64,000 bases of DNA from Elusimicrobiota bacterium (GCA_016212855.1 JACRDP010000010.1:174622-238621), one strand, 5' to 3'; shown: positions 9,414 through 21,835, counted from the stretch's first letter. Numbers and translations: made by a program. The notes: generated by a model from the letters alone, not told the origin.

Positions 9414-9528
9414 GGCGGCACCTCACTGTCGAGAGTATGCCTGCGCCCGCTTATGGGCCGCTGATGCCGCGATAAAAGCGTTCCTAAGTCGCGTGCTCCA
9501 TGGACGCGTCGCGCGAAACGGGCGCGGA

Positions 9529-10128
9529 TTACTTCAGGGACTGCAGGATCTTGAGGACCTCGCCCTTGCGCGTGATGATCGCCTGTCGGGACGCGTCGGT
9601 TTTGGCCGAGTCCGGAAGCCCATCCACCAACTTCGCGTCCTCGGCGATGTCGCCGGAAATCTTGTCCACGGCGCGGATCTGGCGGCCGAGTTTGACGCTT
9701 TGCTTGCTCAGCTCCGCCAGCATTTCGACGTCGTCCGGACGCAGTTGCGCCATCTCGGCGTCCACGCGCTTCTTCTCGGCCTTAAGGGAGTCGCACACGG
9801 CCGTCCAATAGCCGGTCTTCTTTTTTAGGAGCGCCTTGACGTCCTCGATCGAGCCGTCTTTCGTCGCGACCGCGTCACCCTCGTCTCCATAGGGGAAGAC
9901 GACGAGAAGCGGCGCGATTTCGAGGGGGACGCCGGAGAGCTGCCGGGCGTATCCATCGGCCTTGCCCACGGCCGCGGCGATCGCCGCTTTGGCGGCCGCG
10001 GCGCAGACGCTTGCCTTCACGCCGCCGCAGCCGGAACCGTTCGGCGGCTTAGATGCCCCGGCACGAGCCGAGAGGGGGAGAAGGAGGGCCGCCGCCGTCA
10101 GGAGCTTGAGCGCCGTATTGTTGGTCAT
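9529..10128 (-). CDS. Hypothetical secreted protein
   Basis: 199 aa. Signal peptide (LKLLTAAALLLPLSARA), balanced Lys/Asp/Glu-rich composition unlike the overlapping Arg-rich frames. No family recognised. Confidence 0.7.
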   Translation of the reverse strand: MTNNTALKLLTAAALLLPLSARAGASKPPNGSGCGGVKASVCAAAAKAAIAAAVGKADGYARQLSGVPLEIAPLLVVFPYGDEGDAVATKDGSIEDVKALLKKKTGYWTAVCDSLKAEKKRVDAEMAQLRPDDVEMLAELSKQSVKLGRQIRAVDKISGDIAEDAKLVDGLPDSAKTDASRQAIITRKGEVLKILQSLK

Positions 10129-10166
10129 ACCGATAGGATAGCCGCCGCGGACACCGGCGCCGAGTG

Positions 10167-10198
10167 TCCTAGGGCCCCCGCCCCGTGGGGCCCTAGGA
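10167..10198. promoter_or_regulatory. 12-bp-arm perfect inverted repeat in a divergent promoter region (candidate operator)
   Basis: TCCTAGGGCCCC-cgccccgt-GGGGCCCTAGGA lies between the -10 boxes of the divergent genes starting at 10128 (-) and 10226 (+). Confidence 0.4.
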
Positions 10199-10207
10199 CC
10201 CAGACTT

Positions 10208-10216
10208 TGCTAGAAT
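10208..10216 (+). promoter_or_regulatory. Extended -10 promoter element TGcTAGAAT, 9 nt upstream of ATG 10226 (likely leaderless mRNA)
   Basis: TGCTAGAATTCC followed by gaggac then ATG. No Shine-Dalgarno in the gap. The identical 12-mer recurs at 36989-37000. Confidence 0.5.
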
Positions 10217-10225
10217 TCCGAGGAC

Positions 10226-10693
10226 ATGCGCGCACCAGCCGTCTTATTAGCCGCTTTAATAACCCTCGCCGCCTGCGGCGGAGGGGACACCGCCTCGCGC
10301 CTGCCGGACGTGCGCCTGCCCACCTTGGGCGGCCCCCTGGGCCCCTCGCTGGCCACCTGTGCCACGGCGAAATGCCTGACCGTGATCGTGGCTCCGTGGT
10401 GCTCGGTGTGCCACCAGGTCACGCCCGACATCGTGCGCCTGCGCCGCTTCCTCGATAAGACCGGCGTGTCCTCGCGCGTGGTCGTCGGCCTGGCCGAGAT
10501 CGAGCCGATCAAGGAGTTCGCCGCGCTGTACGGCTCCGACGCCTTGCTCGATGATCAAGGAGCGATCAAGGCGCGCGGCGTGCCGCAATTCATCGTGACC
10601 AACCGCGCCGGCGACGTGATCAAGCGCGTCGGAGGCTTTCCTCGCGGAGCCTCGTCGTCCGCAGATTTGGCCGCCTATTTCGATCTTCCCTAA
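10226..10693 (+). CDS. Thioredoxin-fold thiol:disulfide oxidoreductase lipoprotein (TlpA/ResA-like)
   Basis: 155 aa. Lipobox LITLAAC, CxxC active site APWCSVC. Confidence 0.8.
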   Translation: MRAPAVLLAALITLAACGGGDTASRLPDVRLPTLGGPLGPSLATCATAKCLTVIVAPWCSVCHQVTPDIVRLRRFLDKTGVSSRVVVGLAEIEPIKEFAALYGSDALLDDQGAIKARGVPQFIVTNRAGDVIKRVGGFPRGASSSADLAAYFDLP

Positions 10694-10714
10694 TACAACT
10701 CAGGAGACAGAACC

Positions 10715-11824
10715 ATGATCATCGGAGTGCCCAAGGAAATCAAGAACCGCGAGCACCGCGTCGGCCTCGTGCCGGGCGGCGCGCGCGCCCTCGTCAAGGA
10801 CGGCCACAAGGTCCTCATCGAGAAGGGCGCCGGCCTCGGCTCGGGCATCACCGACGACGAGTACAAGGCCGCGGGAGCGGCGATCGTCGACAAGAAGCGA
10901 CTGTTCGCCGACGCGGAGATGATCATCAAGGTCAAGGAGCCGCTCGAGGAGGAGTATTCGCTGTTCCGCGCGGACCAGATTCTCTACACCTACCTGCACC
11001 TCGCTCCGGCACCGGCGCTCACGAAGGCTCTGCTCAAAGCGAAGATCAAGGGCGTGGCCTACGAGACGATTCAGACCAAGGACGGCGCACTCCCGTTGCT
11101 GACCCCGATGAGCGAAGTCGCCGGCAAGATGGCGGTCCAACTCGGGGCCCAGTTCCTCGAGAAGCACCACGGCGGACGCGGCGTGCTCCTCGGCGGCGTG
11201 CCGGGCGTGGCCCGCGGCGTGGTCACCATCATCGGCGGCGGCGTGGTCGGCATCAACGCGGCCAAGATCGCCATCGGCATGGGCGCGCGCGTGAACATAC
11301 TCGACGTCTCCGCCTCGCGCCTGGCCTACCTCGACGACGTGTTCGGAAACTCGGTCAGCACCTTGATGAGCCACGACGAGAACATCATGAACTCCGTGCA
11401 CCGCTCCGACCTGCTCATCGGCGCCGTGCTGATTCCCGGCGCCAAGGCGCCGTCGCTCGTCACCGAGGATATGGTGAAGAAGATGAAGCCCGGCTCCGTC
11501 ATCGTCGACGTCGCCGTGGACCAGGGCGGCTGCATCGAGACGTGCGAGGTGACGAGCCACGACAAGCCGATCGTCGTCAAGCACGGCGTCCTGCACTACG
11601 CGGTGCCCAACATCCCCGGCGCGGTCAGCCACACCTCGACGTACGCGCTGACGAACGTCACGCTCAAGTACGCGCGCGACATCGCCCGCCACGGCCTGGA
11701 AGAGGCGGTCCGTCGGGACGAGGCCCTGCGCAAGGGCGTCAACGTCTATCGCGGCAAGGTCACCCACGCGGCCGTCGCCCACTCCGTCGGGGAGAAGCCC
11801 GTCGAGCTTGCGACCCTCGTTTAA
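10715..11824 (+). CDS. ald: Alanine dehydrogenase
   Basis: 369 aa. [22 protein letters not shown]..., Rossmann motif [26 protein letters not shown] 7 nt upstream. Confidence 0.9.
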   Translation: MIIGVPKEIKNREHRVGLVPGGARALVKDGHKVLIEKGAGLGSGITDDEYKAAGAAIVDKKRLFADAEMIIKVKEPLEEEYSLFRADQILYTYLHLAPAPALTKALLKAKIKGVAYETIQTKDGALPLLTPMSEVAGKMAVQLGAQFLEKHHGGRGVLLGGVPGVARGVVTIIGGGVVGINAAKIAIGMGARVNILDVSASRLAYLDDVFGNSVSTLMSHDENIMNSVHRSDLLIGAVLIPGAKAPSLVTEDMVKKMKPGSVIVDVAVDQGGCIETCEVTSHDKPIVVKHGVLHYAVPNIPGAVSHTSTYALTNVTLKYARDIARHGLEEAVRRDEALRKGVNVYRGKVTHAAVAHSVGEKPVELATLV

Positions 11825-13364
11825 GCCCGCGGTTCTGGCCGCTCTGCTGCTGCTCGCGCCCGCCGGCGCGAGCGCGCAGCGCGGACGTTCGTACGACCCC
11901 GAGGTCGCCTTGCTCGTGCTCACGATCCAGAAGGCGAGCGTTCAGCTTCTGCGCGAGGAGCTCGTGCGCCAGGCCGAGTGGCTGGAGCTCGGCGGCATGC
12001 AGGTCCTGCTCGCCGAGAAGGTCGGCGGTTTCGCGAAGAACGTCACCAAGGGCCTCACCGCCGACTCGGACATCCTCGAGGATTACCGCCAGCAGATTCT
12101 CAAGGTCGACCCGACCGCGATCGGCGAGGTGGACAAGCTCATCAACGAGATCCGCCGCTACCACGACCTGGTCCCCGGCCCGCCGATGGTGCGCCTGCCC
12201 TGGCCGCCGCCGCCCGGACCCCAACTCGAGTTCCTGGAGGAGGACGGCATCGGCGCGGACGCCGCCTCCGCCCTCAAGGGCACGCCGGCCATGGACGAGC
12301 CCGTGGCCTACGCCGAGCGGCGCTTCGGCACGACCGGGCCCTTCCTGCGCCATAGAATGTGGAACCTCGACTTCTACCTCGGTTCGTTCAGCGACCTGCT
12401 CCTCCATTATAAAAAGCTCGGCTACCGCCGCATCTACCGGCTGCGCTCGCCGTACGTCAGCTACGGCAAGGAAGCCTACGTGCTCTCCCCCGAGCCGGGG
12501 CTTCGCCCGCGCGTGGTCTACTGCGGTTTTTACGGCCAGGATCTCTTTCTCCATACGCGCGCCCAGTGGGCGATCCTCACCGAGCGCGGGAAAGGAGAGA
12601 GCACGACGGTGCGCACCTTGACCTGCCCCTCCTGTACCTGGGTCCTGCCGGGCGTGCGCGCGATGAGGTCTTTGCTCGCCACCGTGCCCTACTCCGCCGA
12701 CACCGTCGTCGTGGGCTACGACTACCTCTTCGAGCCCGAGTGGAAGGACCAGGCGCTCGGCGTCTACGAGAACGACTATTGGCGCCTGTCCTATTTTAAA
12801 ACCGGCCCGACCATCAGCGCGACGGTCGTGCCGCGCCGCACCAATTTCGGCGAGATTCTGGCGGCCTCGCTGACCCCGTTGGTCCGACGCGGCGCCAAGC
12901 GCGTGTACTACGCCGGACCCGCGGCGCGCGTCGACGAGGGCGCCGCCGGCGACGAGCTCCAGATCCCGACGGATTTCGCGGCCTTCACCGGCAGCGTCGT
13001 CGCCTTCGAAAACGCGCTCCTGCCGCGCAAGCCCAAGAAGCGCCTCTTCGCCGCCCTGCCTTCGCCCCTGCTCGCCACGCGCGAGTGGCTCAAGGACGCG
13101 GCCGGCCACGACATCGTCGCCTTCGACGGCGAGATGGCCCGCCTCGCCGAGGAAGCCGCCGCCTGGGGCCGCATCCGCGACCACCGCGTGGAGTGCGGCA
13201 TCGGCGCGGTGCTCGCGGGCCTGGCCAACCTCCACCCCGAGGAGGACCGCGCGGTGTACACGATCAGCTACGAGAGCCAGGCCGGCAAAGAGTCGGCGAA
13301 GCGCCGCTATCGCGACCTGGTGCTCGGCAAGATCAAGACCGCCGGCAAAGCCGCCGAAGAATAG
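11808..13364 (+). CDS. Hypothetical secreted protein (no recognisable family)
   Basis: 518 aa. TTG start gives the signal peptide (M)[22 protein letters not shown]|Q. Realistic composition (Tyr/Phe/Lys/Trp) versus the Arg/Gly-rich competing frames. Overlaps the ald end by 17 nt. Confidence 0.65.
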   Translation: MRPSFKPAVLAALLLLAPAGASAQRGRSYDPEVALLVLTIQKASVQLLREELVRQAEWLELGGMQVLLAEKVGGFAKNVTKGLTADSDILEDYRQQILKVDPTAIGEVDKLINEIRRYHDLVPGPPMVRLPWPPPPGPQLEFLEEDGIGADAASALKGTPAMDEPVAYAERRFGTTGPFLRHRMWNLDFYLGSFSDLLLHYKKLGYRRIYRLRSPYVSYGKEAYVLSPEPGLRPRVVYCGFYGQDLFLHTRAQWAILTERGKGESTTVRTLTCPSCTWVLPGVRAMRSLLATVPYSADTVVVGYDYLFEPEWKDQALGVYENDYWRLSYFKTGPTISATVVPRRTNFGEILAASLTPLVRRGAKRVYYAGPAARVDEGAAGDELQIPTDFAAFTGSVVAFENALLPRKPKKRLFAALPSPLLATREWLKDAAGHDIVAFDGEMARLAEEAAAWGRIRDHRVECGIGAVLAGLANLHPEEDRAVYTISYESQAGKESAKRRYRDLVLGKIKTAGKAAEE

Positions 13365-13378
13365 CGCCGGATATAGGC

Positions 13379-13508
13379 CGGGCGGAGAGATCGCCCCTCG
13401 CCGGGGACGGTCGGGATTGACCCTCCCTGCGCTGCCTGTCCGCGACGCATGAGAACGCCCTTGTCGCGGCAGGCAGAGCCCGCCGGCGAGGGTCGATCTC
13501 TCCGCCCG
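13379..13508. repeat. Long imperfect hairpin element A (~130 nt)
   Basis: Outer arms 13379-13404 / 13483-13508 pair 25 of 26. Inner arms 13432-13446 / 13463-13476 (CTGCCTGtCCGCGAC / GTCGCGGCAGGCAG) enclose a 16-nt loop. The large unpaired bulge is on the 5' side. Confidence 0.7.
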
Positions 13509-13623
13509 ATGATATTTCCCGCGGGCTTTTTCGACGACATCGAACGGCTTTATCGCCTGCGGCGATGGGCTTGTGCGTGAGAAAGAAGACGGCGAGGAAC
13601 CGTGCGGGCCGATTCCTTGATAA

Positions 13624-13755
13624 GGCCCGGGGAGACCGTCTAGTCCTCCGGGGCGTCGGTCAAGCCGCGACTAGAGAGCCGTCGCACGTCGCGGACTGAC
13701 CGCCGAGCGAGGTCGATCCGAGCGTCCCCGGAGGGCTAGACGGTCTCCCCGGGCC
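13624..13755. repeat. Long imperfect hairpin element B (~130 nt), same architecture as A but inverted
   Basis: Outer arms 13624-13653 / 13726-13755 pair 29 of 30. Inner arms 13657-13671 / 13688-13702 (CGGTCAAGCCGCGAC / GTCGCGGACTGACCG) enclose a 16-nt loop. The large bulge is on the 3' side. Confidence 0.7.
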
Positions 13756-13792
13756 GTCTCAAGACCTTCGCCGTTCTCAGCTCATCGCCGTT

Positions 13793-14611
13793 TTATTTCG
13801 GAGCGAGGTGGAAGTCGGTCACGAGGGGCGTTTCGGAATTGGGCTCGAGGGAAGCGGGCTCGGAGATCGTCGTCGCGAGTTCCGCGACGAGCTCCTTGCG
13901 GCGCTCGAGCGGCATCTCGGAGACTCCCTCCGTTCCCGGGTTGAGGTAGGTCTTCGCGTAGCCGGCCTTGGAGATCGCCACGAGGTAGCCGTGACCGCGC
14001 AGCGGCGGAAGGATGGTCCGGTACAGGCCCGCGGAATCGCTCACGAGAAACGCCTGCGAGTTCGTCTCGTTGTCCGTGAAGATCAGCTTGGCGCCGGCCA
14101 CCGGCCTGAGGGTGACGAGGTCGTAGACGTGGCCGCGCATCTTCCACTCGCGCACGATCTTCTCTTTCGCGGCGGCCTCGGGCATGATCGAGACGACGCC
14201 GCCGCCCTCCTCGTCGGGATTGACCTTGCGCACGTACTTCACGCGTCCCTTCGGGTCGTAGACGCCGGTGACCTGCTCGTTGACGATGCCCTGGATGGCT
14301 TCGCTGTTGACGGGAACGACGCCGCCGCCCGTGGGGGCCAACGAGACGGAGCGCGCCGCCTTCTGCACCGTGGTGACCGCGCCGCGCGTGGTCTGCTCGG
14401 TGGTCGACCAGAAGAACGAGGCCATCGCCCAAATTCCGTAGCCGAGACCGCCGAAGAGGAGGATCGGCATGATGATGTTGCGGAAGGTGTCGCTCTGGAA
14501 CGCGGTCTTCTCCGGCGGCGCGTCACGGAAGGACAACGGGCAGTTGGGACAGCTCTCCCAATCCGGCAGGAGCTTCGTCCCGCAGCCCGGGCATTTCGCG
14601 GGAGCGGACAT
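13793..14611 (-). CDS. Membrane protein: N-terminal zinc-ribbon (CPGC..CPNC), one TM, extracytoplasmic carboxypeptidase-regulatory-like beta-sandwich
   Basis: 272 aa. CPGCGTKLLPDWESCPNC, TM IIMPILLFGGLGYGIWAMASFFW, then GHVYDLVTLRPVAGAKLIFTDNETN..SDSAGLYR..GYLVAISKAGY. Start lies 3 nt after the serA stop. Confidence 0.7.
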   Translation of the reverse strand: MSAPAKCPGCGTKLLPDWESCPNCPLSFRDAPPEKTAFQSDTFRNIIMPILLFGGLGYGIWAMASFFWSTTEQTTRGAVTTVQKAARSVSLAPTGGGVVPVNSEAIQGIVNEQVTGVYDPKGRVKYVRKVNPDEEGGGVVSIMPEAAAKEKIVREWKMRGHVYDLVTLRPVAGAKLIFTDNETNSQAFLVSDSAGLYRTILPPLRGHGYLVAISKAGYAKTYLNPGTEGVSEMPLERRKELVAELATTISEPASLEPNSETPLVTDFHLAPK

Positions 14612-14614
14612 TCG

Positions 14615-16210
14615 CTACAGCTCCACCCAGTGCACGCGCCGGATGCCCTCGAGGCGCGTGAGCTCGGCGCGCACGGACGGCGAAGCCTCGTCGTCGACGT
14701 TGAGGACCATGACGGCTTCCCCGTGCGCGGAGCGGCGGCCGACCCGCATGTCGGCGATGTTCACGCCCGCCTTGCCGAGCAAGGTGCCGACGCGGCCGAT
14801 CACGCCCGGCGCGTCGTTGTTGGCGATGACGATCATCTTCCCTTGGGGGCGCACGTCGATGAGCAGGCCGCCGAGCTTCAGAATGCGCGGCTCGCCGGGC
14901 GCTAGGACCGCGCCGCTGACCGAGACGGGGCCCTTGTCGGTGGCCGCGGTCAAGGTGAGCATGCGGCGCACGCCGCCGGAGACGCGCGGGTCGGAGGACT
15001 CGCCCACCTTGATGCCCCGGTCGGCCGCGACGGCGGGGGCCGAGATCCAACTGACGCCGGGACCCATGATCGGCGTGAGGAAGCCCTTGAGCGCGGACAC
15101 GCCGAGGGGGCGGCGTTCGCGGCCGGCGAATTCTCCCGCGAACTCGCAGGCGAATTCGCTGACGCCGCCCTCGAGCGTCTGCGCGAGGAAGCGGCCCATC
15201 GCCTCGGCCAGCGGGATCCACTCGCCCAGCGCGGCGAGCGTGTCCGGATCGAAGCCGGGCATGTTGAGCGCGTTGGGCGCGATGCCCTTGTCGTGGAAAT
15301 CGATGACCGCCGTGGCGAGCTCGGTGGCCACGCGGCTCTGCGCCTCGGCCGTCGAGGCGCCGAGGTGAGGGGTGAGGATCAGGCTGGGGCAACCGCGAAG
15401 CGGACTATCCGCCGGAAGGGGCTCCGCGTGGAACACGTCGAGCGCCGCGCCTCCGAGCTGGCCGCTCTTGAGCGCCGCGGCCAGGGCCGCGTCGTCGATG
15501 AGCTCGCCGCGAGCGCAGTTGATCAGGCGCAGGCCCTTCTTCGCCTTCGCGAGCGCGGCGGCGTTGACCATCCCGTTGGTCTTCTCGCCGCCGGGGACAT
15601 GCAAAGTGACGAAATCGGATTGGGCCAGCACGTCGAGAAAGCTCAGCGGCATGATGCCGATCTCTTTGGCCTGCGCGTCGGTGACGAAGGGGTCGAAGCC
15701 GACGAGCTTCATGCCGAAGGACGCGGCGCGCTTGGCGACCTCGCGGCCGATGCGGCCGAGACCGACGACGCCGAGCGTCTTGCCGTGAAGCTCGACGCCC
15801 ATGAACTTGCCGCGCTCCCACTTGCCCGCCTGGGTCGAGGCGTCGGCCTGCGGGATGTGGCGGGCCAAAGCGAGCATCAGGGCGACGGCGTGCTCGGCCG
15901 CCGCCAGGGTATTCGCCGCGGGGGCGTTGACGACGGCGATGCCGCGGCGCGTGGCCGCGGGCAGGTCGATGTTGTCCACGCCGACGCCGGCGCGGCCGAT
16001 GAGCTTGAGGTCCTTGGCCTTGCCGATCCACTCGGCGGTGAGCTTTGTCTCCGAGCGCACGAGCCAGGCGCCCACCCCGGGCAGGAGCTTCTCGAGCTCC
16101 TCGGGCTTCGGGGCGACTTGATAAATCAGCTCGATGCCCGCGTGCGCCTTCAGGGGCTTGAGCCCCTCGGGGTCGATCTTGTCCGTGACGAGGACCTTCA
16201 GCTTGGCCAC
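14615..16210 (-). CDS. serA: D-3-phosphoglycerate dehydrogenase (long form with ASB and ACT domains)
   Basis: 531 aa. GTG start. GVVGLGRIGREVA NAD motif and C-terminal ACT-like region (MIVIANNDAPGVIGRVGTLLGKAGVNIADM). Confidence 0.9.
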   Translation of the reverse strand: MAKLKVLVTDKIDPEGLKPLKAHAGIELIYQVAPKPEELEKLLPGVGAWLVRSETKLTAEWIGKAKDLKLIGRAGVGVDNIDLPAATRRGIAVVNAPAANTLAAAEHAVALMLALARHIPQADASTQAGKWERGKFMGVELHGKTLGVVGLGRIGREVAKRAASFGMKLVGFDPFVTDAQAKEIGIMPLSFLDVLAQSDFVTLHVPGGEKTNGMVNAAALAKAKKGLRLINCARGELIDDAALAAALKSGQLGGAALDVFHAEPLPADSPLRGCPSLILTPHLGASTAEAQSRVATELATAVIDFHDKGIAPNALNMPGFDPDTLAALGEWIPLAEAMGRFLAQTLEGGVSEFACEFAGEFAGRERRPLGVSALKGFLTPIMGPGVSWISAPAVAADRGIKVGESSDPRVSGGVRRMLTLTAATDKGPVSVSGAVLAPGEPRILKLGGLLIDVRPQGKMIVIANNDAPGVIGRVGTLLGKAGVNIADMRVGRRSAHGEAVMVLNVDDEASPSVRAELTRLEGIRRVHWVEL

Positions 16211-17294
16211 TAGGCCTTCGCCCCGACGAGGCGCTTCTCGAGGGCCGCGACGCCGGCGTCGATGTCGCTCTTGGTGATGTAGCCCATGTGCGCGAGGCGG
16301 AAGATCTTGCCCTTCAGGTGGAGCTGGCCGCCCGCGATGGAGATGCCCTCCTCCTTGAGGATGTCGGCGAGCAGCTTGGTGCCGTCCACTCCCTCGGGGA
16401 GGACGACGCCGGTCAGGATGTTCGCCGGATTCTTCGCATAGAAGGGGAGGCCGAGCTTGTCCTTGAGCAGCTTGCGCGCGTGCGCGGCGAGGTCGTCATG
16501 GCGCTTCCAGCAGTTCTCCATGCCTTCGGCGCGCAGCAGCTTCAGCGCCGCCGCCTGGCCGGCGACGATCGAGATCGCGGGCGTCCACGGCGTTTCCTTA
16601 TCGGCCAAGGACTTGCGGATGAGCTTGTAGTCGAAATTGAACTTGGGGAGCTTGGACGCCTCGACGGCCTTCCACGCGCGCTCCGAGACCGAGGCGAACG
16701 CCAGCCCCGGCGCGTTCATCAGGCCCTTCTGCGAGCCGGTGACGACGCAGTCGAGGTTCCAGGCGTCCGTCTCGAGGCGCTCGGCCGCGAGGCCGGACAC
16801 AGAATCGACGACGACGAGCGCTCCGCTCTCCTCATGGACGATTTTGGAGAGCGCCTGGATGTCGTTGACGACACCTGTGGAAGTATCGGTGTGCTGAATA
16901 AAGACGGCCTTCACGCCCTTGTTCTCGCGCAACGAGCTCCGGAGCTTCTCTGGATCCACGGCCGTGCCCCATTCGAAGGCCAAGACCACGGGTTTTAATC
17001 CGAAGGCCTGATGAATCTTCACGAACCGCTCTCCGAAGGCGCCGGTGTTGCAGACGATCGTCAAGTCGCCGGGAGACAGCAGGTTGACCACCGCCGACTC
17101 CATGCCGCCGGTCCCGGAGGCGGTCATCATGAGCACCGAACCCTTCGTGCGGTAGACGAACTGCATGTCCTCGATGACGGACGTGAACATCCTGCCGAAC
17201 TCCGCCGTGCGGTGATGGATCAGGGGCTTCGACATGGCCTCGAGGACCGAAGGGGGAAGCGGCGTGGGGCCCGGCGTGAGCATGATGTTCTTGG

Positions 17295-17298
<4 letters not shown>
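16210..17298 (-). CDS. Class V (AGXT/serine-pyruvate type) aminotransferase; by context probably the phosphoserine aminotransferase
   Basis: 362 aa. MLTPGPTPLPPSVLEAM...HHRTAEF, PLP-Lys context VTGSQKGLM. Stop overlaps the serA GTG by 1 nt, start overlaps the lon stop (ATGA). Confidence 0.8.
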
Positions 17299-19720
<2,422 letters not shown>

Positions 19721-19724
<4 letters not shown>

Positions 19725-20347
19725 GGCTTGAACGCGGGAAAGAGCTTGCTCGGCGGAACGACCTTGTCGACCAGGCCGTACGCGACGGCCTCTTCGGCGG
19801 AGAGGTAGAAGTTGCGCTCGACGTCCTTGTCGAGCTTCTCGTAGGGCTGGCCGCAGTGCTTGGCCAGAATCTCGGAGAGGCGCTTGCGCGTGTGGCCCAT
19901 CTCCTCGCCTTCGATGCGGATATCGGTCTCCTGGCCCTGCATGCCGCCGCGGATCAGGGGCTGGTGGATCATCACGCGCGCGTGGGGGAGGATCATGCGC
20001 TTGCCCTTCGTGCCCGCGGCGAGCAGGACGGCGCCGAAGCTCATCGCCATGCCCATGCACAAAGTGGAGATGGGGGCGCGGATGAACTGCATGGTGTCAT
20101 AGACCGCGAGGCCGGCCGTGACCATGCCGCCGGGGGAGTTGATGTAGAGATGTATATCTTTCTCGCCGTCCTCGCCGTCGAGATAAAGGAGCTGCGAGAT
20201 GAGCAGGTTGGCCGAGTCGGTGGTGACGGCTCCGCCGTCGCCGCCGACAAAGATGATCCGCTCTTTCAACAGACGCGAAAAGATGTCGTAGCCGACGGCG
20301 GAACCTTGGTTCCACTTCTCGAGAACTTGGGGGAGGATGGCGGGCAT
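19721..20347 (-). CDS. clpP: ATP-dependent Clp protease proteolytic subunit (apparent Ser-His-Asn triad)
   Basis: 208 aa. Gapless alignment from memory to E. coli ClpP: YINSPGG, GMAMSFGAVLL (Ser), MIHQP (His), but VERNFYLSAEEAVAYGLVD where E. coli has TERDRFLSAPEAVEYGLVD. Confidence 0.9.
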
Positions 20348-20474
20348 ATTTAGAGGATAACTCTTTTGGAAACGGGGCTCAATAGATGCCGGGTAACGAT
20401 CATCTTTCCGGGCATCAACTCGTCCCGGGACGAGTGATTATCAATAGTAACGCGGCGCTTCGCAAATGTTCCGT

Positions 20475-20508
20475 GAAAAGAGAAGCGCCGGCGATTTCTC
20501 GCCGGCGC
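20475..20508 (-). terminator. Rho-independent terminator after tig
   Basis: On the minus strand: GCGCCGGCGA-gaaa-TCGCCGGCGC followed by TTCTCTTTTC. Confidence 0.8.
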
Positions 20509-20530
20509 ATTTGGCCGCCCAGGGAAGGAA

Positions 20531-21811
20531 TTACGCCTTCGCTTCGGTGTAAACTGCCTTCTCTTTCAGGAAGTTTAATGTCTTGCGCTCGCGGATCATA
20601 TGCGAGATCTGATCCTTGCGCTTGTCGAAGATCTCGCGCAGCTCCTTCTTCTTCGCCTCGTCGGCGGCGTCCTTGAGCCCGGCCTCGAGCTCGGAGGCCA
20701 GCTCGGTCTCCGACACCGCGATCTTCTCCTTCTCGGCGATCGCCGACATCACGAAGGCGAGGCGAACCTCGTCCTCGGCCTTGGGCTGCAGCTTCGTGCG
20801 CAGGTCGGTCAAAACTTTATCGGACAGCTGGGTGGCGCCCATGAGCTGGCGCTTCATGCGCTCCATCATGCCCTCGAGCTGGCGCTCGACCATCGACGGC
20901 GGCAGCGCGAACACGTTCGACTTCACGAGCGACTCCTCGATCTGGCGGACGACGTCGGACTCGGAGGCGGACTTGACCTCGCGGTCGAGAACTTCCTTCA
21001 GCTTGCCCTTGAGTTCCTCGAGGCTCTCGAGGCCCATGTCCTTGGCGAACTCGGCGTCGACGGCCGGAAGCACCTTGGTCTTGATCTCGGCGACGGTCAC
21101 GGCGAGGTCGGCGTCCTTGCCGCCGAGCTTGACCTTGATCGTCTTCTGCTCGCCGCGCTTCATGCCCTTGAGTCCGGCGGCGAGGCCTTCGAGCGTCTGC
21201 TCGGCGGACATGTCCACCAGCTCGCCCGTGCCCTTGGCGTTGGCCATGGGCTTGCCGTTCTGCGAGGCGGCGTAGTCGATGACGACGAAGCTCTTGTCGC
21301 CGGCGGCCTCGTCCTTGGATATCTCGAGGCGGGCCTGCGCGTCGCGCAGCTCCTCGAGGCGTTTGTCGAGCGCGGCGGCATCGGCGGCCTGCGGCTTGCG
21401 CGACACGGGAATCTTCGTATAGTCCTTGGCGATCGGGGTCGGCGCGACTTCGACGCGAACGGTGAGCAGCAGAGGCGAACCCGGATTCCACTTCACGTCC
21501 TCGACGCTGGGCGTCTCCACGACGCGCAGCTTCTGGTCCTCGAGCGCGGCGGGCACGTGCTTGCGGATGAGGACGTCGATGGCCTCCTCGCGCGCGCGGC
21601 CGGCGAAGTGCTGCTTGACCATATCGAGAGGCGCCTTGCCGGGGCGGAAGCCCGGGATCCGGGCCTGGCTCTGGAGGCGGACCAAGGAGGTCTGCGACTG
21701 GTTCTCCACTTCCTCGGCGGGGATTTCGACGGTGAGGGTGACGACGCAGCCCTCTTCCTTGAGCTTCTTGAATTTCGGCTTGCTGGACGTCAGCGCGGAG
21801 AAGATTCCCAT
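20531..21811 (-). CDS. tig: Trigger factor
   Basis: Trimmed from ORF 20531..21874, which would overlap tRNA-Leu, to ATG 21811. 426 aa. Ribosome-binding signature GFRPGKAP. Confidence 0.9.
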   Translation of the reverse strand: MGIFSALTSSKPKFKKLKEEGCVVTLTVEIPAEEVENQSQTSLVRLQSQARIPGFRPGKAPLDMVKQHFAGRAREEAIDVLIRKHVPAALEDQKLRVVETPSVEDVKWNPGSPLLLTVRVEVAPTPIAKDYTKIPVSRKPQAADAAALDKRLEELRDAQARLEISKDEAAGDKSFVVIDYAASQNGKPMANAKGTGELVDMSAEQTLEGLAAGLKGMKRGEQKTIKVKLGGKDADLAVTVAEIKTKVLPAVDAEFAKDMGLESLEELKGKLKEVLDREVKSASESDVVRQIEESLVKSNVFALPPSMVERQLEGMMERMKRQLMGATQLSDKVLTDLRTKLQPKAEDEVRLAFVMSAIAEKEKIAVSETELASELEAGLKDAADEAKKKELREIFDKRKDQISHMIRERKTLNFLKEKAVYTEAKA

Positions 21812-21835
21812 GTTGCCCCCGGCGGGAAAGCGGAA

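Noticed and set aside
13509-13623. Possible small gene or ncRNA between the two hairpin elements (tracked ORF 13307..13540 on the minus strand).
   Set aside because: The ORF runs through hairpin A, is Arg/Gly/Pro-rich, and has no start context. I cannot support any RNA family from sequence alone.
19725-20060. N-terminal extensions of tracked ORFs: lon to 20060, tig to 21874, REC to 3919, REC to 6268, PorV-like to 46368, icd to 30526, nuoC to 53586, nuoK to 57777, acyl-CoA dehydrogenase to 40924, yceD to 37614.
   Set aside because: The extended parts are Arg/Pro/Gly-rich and overlap the upstream gene (or tRNA-Leu, in the case of tig). Internal starts give canonical N-termini, often with ATGA/GTGA/TTGA coupling or an SD.
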